Source of the DNA: an uncultured Aquificales bacterium
Lineage (GTDB): Bacteria > Thermosulfidibacterota > Thermosulfidibacteria > Thermosulfidibacterales > Thermosulfidibacteraceae
NCBI GenBank assembly: GCA_964453345.1
Contig: CAYVOC010000021.1
Location: 8,657-18,849 of the forward strand
Reading direction: 5' to 3'
Length of the DNA: 10,193 nucleotides
Shown: one piece after another, positions 1 through 6,889 of the stretch
Layout of the letters: each line of letters opens with the position of its first letter
Position numbering within the stretch: the first letter of the stretch is position 1
The notes under the pieces: generated by a model
Database searches by the model: none
Seen by the model: the letters and a program-made list of their open reading frames with translations, nothing else
What the model was told of the DNA's origin: nothing
Program-made: the position numbers and the translations under genes

Positions 1-1
1 T

Positions 2-51
2 GCAGGTAGAGTAGGGGCCCCTCGCCCCTCTCTGCCTGCGTTTTTTATTTT
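2..51 (+). terminator. Rho-independent terminator-like hairpin with U-tract
   Basis: GCAGGTAGAG(T)AGGGGC pairs with GCCCCTCTCTGCCTGC (about 16 bp, one bulge, one G-U, short CCCTC loop), followed by TTTTTTATTTT at 41-51. Confidence 0.85.
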
Positions 52-63
52 GGAGGTAAGTTT

Positions 64-1575
64 GTGAGATTGCTATTCTCTATTTTACTGTTTTGCTTTC
101 TTTTCTGGAATGCCTATGCTGGGAGGCTGATTCTTCTTACAACCTCTGACCTTCAGGGGCAGGTTGAGCCTGTAAGGGAGAAGGAAGGCAGTTTCGGTGG
201 TTTTGCCCGGATAGCCTGGATCGTAAAGCACTATAAGAAGCATTCCAGAGATCCTGTGTTTGCGGTTGCCACAGGTGACGATTTAATGGGGGAGTATTTC
301 GCCCATTACAAGGGATGTGCCATATACCCCCTCCTTGGGGAGGCCGGTTTTGATGTCGCAACCCTGGGAAACCACGAGTTTGATCAGGGGCCTGAAGTTT
401 TGGCCAAGGCTTTGAGATGCGCTCCTTTCCCGGTTGTGGTCGCCAATCTGAGGCCTACCCGCGAAAGTCCTCTGAAGGGGCTTTTGAAGCCCTATGTGGT
501 TTTGGAGCGCAAGGGTTTGAAGGTGGGCTTCTTTGGCCTCATAACGCCTGATCTTCCGAGTATCTCAAGACTTGAGAATGCCGCTGAGGTGGAGAAGGAT
601 CTGGTTTCTGTTGCCAGAAAGATGGCCGAGCTTCTCAGGAGAAAAGAAAAGGTTGATGTTGTGGTTGCCCTCACCCACATAGGGCTTGAACTTGATAAGC
701 TGTTGGCTGAAAAGGTTCCCGGGATCGATGTTATTTGCGGTGCCCATTCCCACGATCTGCTCAAAACTCCCTATGTTGTAAGGCATCCCGATGGGAGAAA
801 GACCGTTGTGATCCAGACAGGAACGAGGGGAAGGTTTTTGGGGGTCTTGAAGCTTGATGTGGACGGAGGGGTGAAAAGGGTTGAATGGGTTCTCGTCAGG
901 GTTGATTCAAGCATCGGGGAGGATGGGAGGGTTTCTGCCCTGATTGAGCGGTTCAAGAAGGGCCTGCCCAAGGCGAGGGTTATTGCGAAAACAGAGGTTC
1001 CCATCGACCTGCGCTCGGAGTTTCTGAGGAGAAATGAGGCTCCCATAGGCGATTTTGTGGCCGACCTTGTGAGAAAACGATTTAAGGTTGATATTGTTCT
1101 TCTCAATAGCGGCGGTTTCAGGGGAGACAGGATCATTCCCAAGGGGCCCATTACAAACAAGGATATTGCTTCGATCTTCCCCTTCGGTAATACCATTGTG
1201 ATCCTTAAACTGAAGGGAAAGGTGGTTAAGGAGGCTCTTGAGAGGGGAGTCTCGGCCTATCCGACACCGGCTGGATTCTTCCTGCAGGTTTCAGGGATAA
1301 GGATGGTTTTTGATCCGAACAGGCCTCCATATCGAAGGATAGTGAGCGTGCAGGTCTGCAACGACAGCGGATGCGCTCCCCTTGAGGATGAGAAGATCTA
1401 CAGAGTGGCCGTCAACTCCTTTATGGCTTCCGGCGGCGATGGTTACACCATGCTGGCGCGGTTTGTTGACAGAAAAGACACCTACGTGACTTTGAGGAGC
1501 TTTGTGGAATCGGCTGTTTCCGAGCTGAAGATTATAGCCCCTGCTGTTGACGGCAGGATAAAGTCCCTTCAGTAG
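64..1575 (+). CDS. Secreted bifunctional metallophosphatase / 5'-nucleotidase (UshA/CD73 family)
   Basis: GGAGG at 52-56 before a GTG start. Sec signal peptide MRLLFSILLFCFLFWNAYA. Calcineurin-like motifs SDLQG, TGD, GNHEFD, LTH, GAHSH. C-terminal nucleotidase-domain motifs NSGGFR, PFGN, FLQVSG, GGDGY. Confidence 0.92.
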   Translation: MRLLFSILLFCFLFWNAYAGRLILLTTSDLQGQVEPVREKEGSFGGFARIAWIVKHYKKHSRDPVFAVATGDDLMGEYFAHYKGCAIYPLLGEAGFDVATLGNHEFDQGPEVLAKALRCAPFPVVVANLRPTRESPLKGLLKPYVVLERKGLKVGFFGLITPDLPSISRLENAAEVEKDLVSVARKMAELLRRKEKVDVVVALTHIGLELDKLLAEKVPGIDVICGAHSHDLLKTPYVVRHPDGRKTVVIQTGTRGRFLGVLKLDVDGGVKRVEWVLVRVDSSIGEDGRVSALIERFKKGLPKARVIAKTEVPIDLRSEFLRRNEAPIGDFVADLVRKRFKVDIVLLNSGGFRGDRIIPKGPITNKDIASIFPFGNTIVILKLKGKVVKEALERGVSAYPTPAGFFLQVSGIRMVFDPNRPPYRRIVSVQVCNDSGCAPLEDEKIYRVAVNSFMASGGDGYTMLARFVDRKDTYVTLRSFVESAVSELKIIAPAVDGRIKSLQ

Positions 1576-1585
1576 CTTTCGGCTC

Positions 1586-1612
1586 TTAAGACCCCACCCC
1601 TTTTGCCGATCT
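1586..1612 (+). promoter_or_regulatory. Putative sigma28 (FliA) promoter of fliD
   Basis: TTAAGACC-N11-GCCGATCT matches the TAAAGTTT-N11-GCCGATAA consensus in spacing and in the GCCGAT core. It lies immediately upstream of the fliD RBS AGGAGG (1621-1626). Confidence 0.75.
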
Positions 1613-1634
1613 ATATCCCCAGGAGGTGATGGGC

Positions 1635-4256
1635 ATGGAGGCCTTGCGCGTTGGTGGACTTGCTTCCGGGATTGACGTCAACGGAATAATCCAGGAGCTG
1701 GTGAAGGCGAGATCCGGCGTTCTGGATCAGCTTAAGGAGAAGGAAGACAGGCTCAAGATAGAGAAGGATGTTTATAAAGAGATCAGCAACATGGTCAACG
1801 ATCTCAAGGATTCCCTTCTGAAGCTCAGGCTTCAGTCAACCTACCTTTCAAAGAAGGTCTATTCTTCAAATGAGGGTGTTATTACGGCTACTGCCTCAAT
1901 TGATGCGGCCTTTGGAACCCACAGGGTAAAGGTTCTTCAGATGGCAACTCCCGCCATGGCCTCTTCCATGTATGCGAGGGCCAGGCTCATTGATGCAGGG
2001 GCCACCGGTATTTCGTCCATATCCGGCAGGCCCGAGGAGACCCTTGAGGGGACCGACAGCATAGAGATCTATCAGGATGCGGATACGGGCAAGTATTTCG
2101 CCGTTGACAGGTTTTCTCTTAAGGGCAAGGGAAGCGTTGATGCCTATAGGGGTTCTGTTGTTGAGGATTCGAGCAACGAGGGCACCATAAAATCCAATGT
2201 GTCCAAGGGAAGCAAAATCTCCTTCACCTACGGTGGAAAGAGCATAACCGCCTATACGGGCATGGATTATACCGCCGGCGCCACTTCCCTTTACGATGTG
2301 GCAGAGGATTTGCAGGATGCCCTGAACGACGCCATAAACCAGGCTATGGGGACCAAGGATAAAACCTATGTGGCCGTCAGAGTTGATGCGAATGTGGGAG
2401 CCGGCAATGACGCTCTGGTTGTATACGATGTTGAGGGGCTGGGTTTGAGCTTTGAGGATGGCGATGCGGTCTCTGCCCTCGGTCTTGACGCCGCCACACA
2501 CTCCACCGCTTCTTACATAGAGTCTCGGGTTTACGCGGATACTTTGGATGATCTTTCCGGAAGGCTCGGGAGGCTCATAAGGGGGGTTAACTTTACTGTT
2601 GGTGATGACGGACTTGCGGAGGGCACTGTTACCATAATAAGGGACGCCACCCTGAACATAAAGATGCCCTCTCCCACCTATGTTTACGGTGGAGCCGGGG
2701 TTTCGACCGGATCCGGGATAAATCTTGACGCCACCCTTGATAAGGCCGGGTTTGCCAAGGCGCCCACTGAGAGCACAAACGGCTATTTCACCATAAACGG
2801 AGTGAAGATAGAGATAGATGACTACACCAAGCTTACGGTGAGGGATCTTCTGGCCAAGATAAACTCTTCGGGTGCCGGTGTCGTTGCGGAGTATGATGCA
2901 GAAAACGACAGGTTCGTTTTGAGAAGCGTAGAGAACGGCGCCGATATAAGGCTTGGCTCCTTTGGCGATACCAGCGATTTTTTGAGCATCGCAAAGCTGA
3001 CGGTGGTTGAGGGGGCTGAGAAGGTTGAGGGAAGCGACGGGGGTAAGATAGATCCCACCGCTCCCCTTTCCCAGACGGGGATGACGGTGACCCCCACCTC
3101 GGGAACCTTCACCATAAACGGCGTCAGCATCTACGTTGATGTGACAAAGGACAGTCTCAACGATCTTATTGAGAAGGTGAACAATTCCGGCGCCGGCGTA
3201 AAGATGGTTTACGATTCCGCCATGGATAAGGTCATAATACTTTCGGATCCCAAGAACGGTGGGACCAACGATGCTTTTATAAAACTCGGCAGTGATAGTG
3301 ATACTAGCAACATTCTATATGCTTTCAATCTCGTGCCCTCAACAGGTTCTGCCTTTGAGGTGGGGAAGAGGGGCAAAGACGCTGTTATTGAGGTTGACGG
3401 CATAACCTACACAAGACCCACCAACACCATAGACGATGTTATAGGCGGGGTTACTCTGAACCTGAACGGGGTTTCCGATAACTATGTCACTTTGAGCATC
3501 AAGCCCGACGAGGACACAATCGTTGATAGATTTGCAGATTTCATAGCCAAATACAATGCGCTTGTTAAAAAACTGAATCCTCCGGAGCTTACCGATCTTG
3601 AAAAGCAGTATCTTGAGCCCCTGAGTGAGGAGGATAAGCAGTCCATGACCGAGGATGAGATAAAGGAGTATGAGAAGAAGCACAAGGAGTATCTCAGCTA
3701 TCAGATAATCAGCAGAAGCCCCGAATTGAGAAGTTTTCTGTCCCAGCTGCGGAGCACTCTGTTTTCCATGGTGGAGGGACTTTCCCCCTACGATGATCTG
3801 ACGGATATAGGCATAACCACCGATTTCTTCGGCACCTATGAATCGCAGCTCAAGGGATACCTTCTCACAGAATCCACGGATAAGGATGAGATAAAGGATC
3901 TGCTCAGGCAGAACGATAGGTTCATGGATGCGGTGAGGAACCACACCTACGACCTTTACAAGCTCATGGCCATAGATTCCGACGGCAAAAAGGGAATTGC
4001 AAGAAGACTGTCTGACGTTGTTGACTCGTATTTCGGGGTTAACGGGGCTGTCTTCACCTACATAAAGCCGGGAGGGTATCTGGACAGGGAGTTGAGGGAT
4101 CTTTACAAGGAGATGAGCAGCCAGCAGCGGATGATAGCAAGCTACGAGGAAGAGCTGTGGCAGAAGTTTTCCATGATGGATCAGATGGTTGCCAGAATGC
4201 AGGCCAACTACCAGTATATGCTGGCTCAGCTTGGGATAAATCCCAATCAAAAATAA
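1635..4256 (+). CDS. fliD: Flagellar filament cap protein FliD (HAP2), long form, about 873 aa
   Basis: N-terminal GLASGID..IIQELV motif. C-terminal GKDAVIEVDGI..TRPTNTIDDVIGGVTLNL and 'YEEELWQKFSMMDQMVARMQ' motifs. Followed by fliS. Start placed at ATG 1635, 8 nt after AGGAGG; the track start at 1626 lies inside the RBS. Confidence 0.95.
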   Translation: MEALRVGGLASGIDVNGIIQELVKARSGVLDQLKEKEDRLKIEKDVYKEISNMVNDLKDSLLKLRLQSTYLSKKVYSSNEGVITATASIDAAFGTHRVKVLQMATPAMASSMYARARLIDAGATGISSISGRPEETLEGTDSIEIYQDADTGKYFAVDRFSLKGKGSVDAYRGSVVEDSSNEGTIKSNVSKGSKISFTYGGKSITAYTGMDYTAGATSLYDVAEDLQDALNDAINQAMGTKDKTYVAVRVDANVGAGNDALVVYDVEGLGLSFEDGDAVSALGLDAATHSTASYIESRVYADTLDDLSGRLGRLIRGVNFTVGDDGLAEGTVTIIRDATLNIKMPSPTYVYGGAGVSTGSGINLDATLDKAGFAKAPTESTNGYFTINGVKIEIDDYTKLTVRDLLAKINSSGAGVVAEYDAENDRFVLRSVENGADIRLGSFGDTSDFLSIAKLTVVEGAEKVEGSDGGKIDPTAPLSQTGMTVTPTSGTFTINGVSIYVDVTKDSLNDLIEKVNNSGAGVKMVYDSAMDKVIILSDPKNGGTNDAFIKLGSDSDTSNILYAFNLVPSTGSAFEVGKRGKDAVIEVDGITYTRPTNTIDDVIGGVTLNLNGVSDNYVTLSIKPDEDTIVDRFADFIAKYNALVKKLNPPELTDLEKQYLEPLSEEDKQSMTEDEIKEYEKKHKEYLSYQIISRSPELRSFLSQLRSTLFSMVEGLSPYDDLTDIGITTDFFGTYESQLKGYLLTESTDKDEIKDLLRQNDRFMDAVRNHTYDLYKLMAIDSDGKKGIARRLSDVVDSYFGVNGAVFTYIKPGGYLDRELRDLYKEMSSQQRMIASYEEELWQKFSMMDQMVARMQANYQYMLAQLGINPNQK
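2787..3121 (+). repeat. Anchors of an internal tandem domain duplication in fliD (107-codon period)
   Basis: Exact 14-mer TTCACCATAAACGG at 2787-2800 and 3108-3121. Protein copies G.FTINGV.I...N.SGAGV...YD...D...L. Confidence 0.8.
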
Positions 4257-4275
4257 ACCCAGGGAGGGGTGAGAG

Positions 4276-4728
4276 ATGACGGCTAATCCCTACATGAGCT
4301 ACCAGAGGAACCACGTTGAGACGGCGGACAGGGGGACCCTTCTTCTGCTCCTCTACGATGGGGCGGTCAGGTTTATGAGGGAGGCCCGTTCCTATATGGA
4401 GAGGGAGGAGTTTTCCAAGGCCTTTGTCGCCCTTGCGAGGGTGGACAGGATCGTGAGGGAGCTTGTCGCCAGCCTGGATATGGAGAAGGGAGGGGAGATA
4501 GCGGTCAACCTTTACAGGCTCTATGAGTTTGTTCTGTGGAAGGTCTTTCTGGCTGAGAAGGAGAAGGAGGTTTCCCATCTGGATGAGGCTCTGCACATAA
4601 TAGATGAGCTGAGGATGGCCTGGAAGGAGGCTATTGAGAAGGAGAAGCAAAAGGAGGCGCAGCCTAAGAAGGATAGGGTCTCTTCCAAGTCTTCCGAAGA
4701 GAAGCCTTCTGTGAGTATAGTGGGCTGA
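4276..4728 (+). CDS. fliS: Flagellin export chaperone FliS
   Basis: NPY..YQ...VETA..G.LLLLLYDGA, I+.EL..SLDME.GGEIA.NL..LY and ELR.AW motifs. Directly downstream of fliD, with a GGAGG RBS. Confidence 0.96.
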   Translation: MTANPYMSYQRNHVETADRGTLLLLLYDGAVRFMREARSYMEREEFSKAFVALARVDRIVRELVASLDMEKGGEIAVNLYRLYEFVLWKVFLAEKEKEVSHLDEALHIIDELRMAWKEAIEKEKQKEAQPKKDRVSSKSSEEKPSVSIVG

Positions 4729-4749
4729 TGAAATTAAGGGGGTGTGGCC

Positions 4750-5046
4750 ATGATTATAGAGGGTGGAGGTTTTCCCATAAGGGATAAGTTGCTCAAGCTG
4801 GTTGAGGAACCTTCAAAGTCCAAAAAGAACGGCAAAGCCAAGCAGTCTTCTCGGGACTCTGCAAAATCGGATGTTTTGGAGATAACGGCCGAGAATGTGA
4901 GGGCTTCAAGGGCCAAGGTGAAGGACTTTGATCAGGCGGTGGAGCTGCTCAACAGGACCACGAGGCTGATTTCCAGAGACGGGGATATTTCAAGTGTCCA
5001 TTCCGGTTCCATAAGCAGTTCCCTGATAAAGATTATAGTTTCGTAG
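4750..5046 (+). CDS. Small hypothetical protein (98 aa) with a flagellin C-terminal (D0)-like tail
   Basis: AGGGGGTG RBS-like sequence before ATG 4750. Lys/Ser-rich N-half, then ENVRASRAKVKDFDQAVELLN, resembling the flagellin 'ENL.AA.SRI.D.D.A.E...' consensus. Confidence 0.7.
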   Translation: MIIEGGGFPIRDKLLKLVEEPSKSKKNGKAKQSSRDSAKSDVLEITAENVRASRAKVKDFDQAVELLNRTTRLISRDGDISSVHSGSISSSLIKIIVS

Positions 5047-5059
5047 GGAGGTGTGAGCC

Positions 5060-5239
5060 ATGGATGTTCTGGCCACAACTGGTGTGTCCGATTACCTTGC
5101 CCTGAAGCAGTTGAACCTTAAGGCGCAGGTCAATGTCAGGGTTTTGAAGAGCGCCGATGATGTGGCAAGGCAGCAGGCCCAGCAGCTTCTGGAGTTGCTT
5201 GAACCGGGCAAGGGGGCTAATATAAATATAAGGGCATGA
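5060..5239 (+). CDS. YjfB-family putative motility protein (59 aa; not in the ORF track)
   Basis: GGGAGG RBS, then my translation MDVLATTGVSDYLALKQLNLKAQVNVRVLKSADDVARQQAQQLLELLEPGKGANINIRA*. It fits the YjfB pattern V.VLK.A.D...Q.A.QLL......G.NI(D/N)I.A. The stop overlaps the acyP start (ATGA). Confidence 0.82.
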   Translation: MDVLATTGVSDYLALKQLNLKAQVNVRVLKSADDVARQQAQQLLELLEPGKGANINIRA

Positions 5240-5508
5240 AGAGAGCGCACATCTGGGTGAGCGGCAGGGTTCAGGGGGTCTTTTACAGGGCCACCGCAAA
5301 GGAGGTGGCGGATAGGTTGCGCCTTACGGGGTGGGTGAGGAATCTGCCCGACGGGCGCGTTGAGGCGGTTGTGGAGGGTCCGGAGGATGCTGTCAAGGCT
5401 TTTATAGACTGGTGCTGGGAAGGCCCGCCACTTGCGAGAGTTGAGGATGTTGAGGTTGTCTGGGAAGATCCCACCGGTGAGTTTTCTGGTTTCAAGATCA
5501 GGTATTAG
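5236..5508 (+). CDS. acyP: Acylphosphatase
   Basis: Signature VSGRVQGVFYR and GWVRNLPDGRVE with catalytic Arg and Asn, plus GPP.ARV; 90 aa. Confidence 0.96.
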   Translation: MKRAHIWVSGRVQGVFYRATAKEVADRLRLTGWVRNLPDGRVEAVVEGPEDAVKAFIDWCWEGPPLARVEDVEVVWEDPTGEFSGFKIRY

Positions 5509-5552
5509 TTCCCTGCCCTTGATTTCCCTCCGGAACTTTAAGGGAGTGCGCT

Positions 5553-6881
5553 ATGCGTAAGTTCAGTATCCCCCTCAGCGTGTATCCCATTATCGGGGTT
5601 GTTCTTGCCCTTGGGGCCCCTGCGGGCTGGTCGGTGATAGAGAGGATGTTCAATTTCACCTGCCCTGCACCTTACAGAACGCTGCTCTACATATACATGA
5701 CCCTGGGCACCGCCTTGGCCTTCGGCTGCTTTGCGGGCTTTGTGGTATCAAGGCTGGAGAGGGAGAGCCGCCTGACCTATGAGTTGCAGATCTCAAAGGC
5801 GGAGATTGAAAGGCAAAAGGAGAAAACCAGGGCTGATATGGAATCTCTGAGAGAGAAGATGCTTAAGATAAGTCAGCTTGGGGCGAGGGTTACCAAGGCG
5901 ACCGAGGAGGACGAGCTTTACTACAGGCTTGCCTACGCTGTGCAGGTGGCGCTGGACTTTGACAGGGTGCTGATCTTTAAAAACACCCGCAAAGGGCTTG
6001 TCATAACCGAGGCGAGGGGCGTCAAGGCGGATTCAAAGGAGGAGCTGAGGAAGCTTGAGGAGCTTGTGATTCCCTGCAGCATGGATGCAGGTGCAATAGG
6101 CATAGCCTGTTCTGAGGCAAGATCCCTTATCTTTGGGACAAACGACTACATACCTCCCAAATACAGGCTCAAGCCTCCCTACAGCGAGATCGAAGCCATA
6201 AGATCGCGATCCTTCATAGTTGTGCCGGTCAAGATAGAGGGAGAGGATAAGGCGAGGGCTGTTATTGCCGCCGACAGAAAGTATAGAAGGCTTGATGTAA
6301 ACCACTACGATCTTGTGGCCCTGGAGATTCTTGCCGATATGGCTGCAACGACCCTTGCGAGATTGGAGATGGAGAGGGAGCTGGAGGTGCTTGCAAGGGT
6401 TGACGGTCTCACCGGTCTTCTGAACAGACACACATGGATGAAGGAGGCTGAGAAGGAGTTTGAGAGGGCAAAAAGATATAAGGTTCCCTTTGCCGTTGTG
6501 ATGCTTGATGTGGACGATTTTAAATCTGTTAACGACAACTGGGGACACCTTGCAGGGGATATAGTGCTGAGGAAGATAGGCAAGATACTGCGTGAGGAGT
6601 GCAGGAGCGTTGATGTTCCGGGCAGATACGGGGGCGAGGAGTTTGTGGTGCTTCTTCCCCATACGGATATGGAAGGGGCCGTGAGCTTTGCCGAAAGAAT
6701 AAGGAAGAGGATAGAGCAGGAGGATATGAAGATCCCCCGAACCGTCACCGCGACCTTTGGGGTGGCCGTCTTTGATCCTGAAAATCCGGTGGATAGCCTG
6801 GATCAGCTGCTCATCAAGGCGGACAAGGCCCTGTATAAGGGGAAGGATATGGGCAAAAATGTGGTGGTGAGGGCGGAGTAG
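5553..6881 (+). CDS. Membrane-anchored sensor diguanylate cyclase (2 TM - coiled coil - GAF-like - GGDEF)
   Basis: Two hydrophobic N-terminal segments. GAF-like 'RSFIVVPV...VIAAD'. DGLTGLLN, DVDDFK.VND.WGH.AGD, RYGGEEF with RSVD I-site, and ADKALY..K..GKN. Confidence 0.93.
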   Translation: MRKFSIPLSVYPIIGVVLALGAPAGWSVIERMFNFTCPAPYRTLLYIYMTLGTALAFGCFAGFVVSRLERESRLTYELQISKAEIERQKEKTRADMESLREKMLKISQLGARVTKATEEDELYYRLAYAVQVALDFDRVLIFKNTRKGLVITEARGVKADSKEELRKLEELVIPCSMDAGAIGIACSEARSLIFGTNDYIPPKYRLKPPYSEIEAIRSRSFIVVPVKIEGEDKARAVIAADRKYRRLDVNHYDLVALEILADMAATTLARLEMERELEVLARVDGLTGLLNRHTWMKEAEKEFERAKRYKVPFAVVMLDVDDFKSVNDNWGHLAGDIVLRKIGKILREECRSVDVPGRYGGEEFVVLLPHTDMEGAVSFAERIRKRIEQEDMKIPRTVTATFGVAVFDPENPVDSLDQLLIKADKALYKGKDMGKNVVVRAE

Positions 6882-6889
6882 CTCCCCGC

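Noticed and set aside
3339-4250. 303-aa antisense ORF, and the other minus-strand ORFs within the nucleotidase, fliD and fliS
   Set aside because: They shadow well-supported genes, have no recognisable motifs, and are explained by sense-strand codon bias.
4750-5046. Calling the post-fliS ORF fliT or flgM
   Set aside because: It lacks the all-helical FliT pattern and the FlgM C-terminal 'K..I..G.Y' motif, so no gene symbol was assigned.
5033-5299. 88-aa minus-strand ORF in the apparent gap before acyP
   Set aside because: The gap is better explained by the plus-strand YjfB-like ORF, which has an RBS and an ATGA coupling.
5509-5552. TTCCCT/AGGGAG pairing over the cyclase RBS and a GGAACTT ECF-like -35 box
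   Set aside because: Only about 6 bp of pairing, and no matching -10 element at usable spacing before the start codon.
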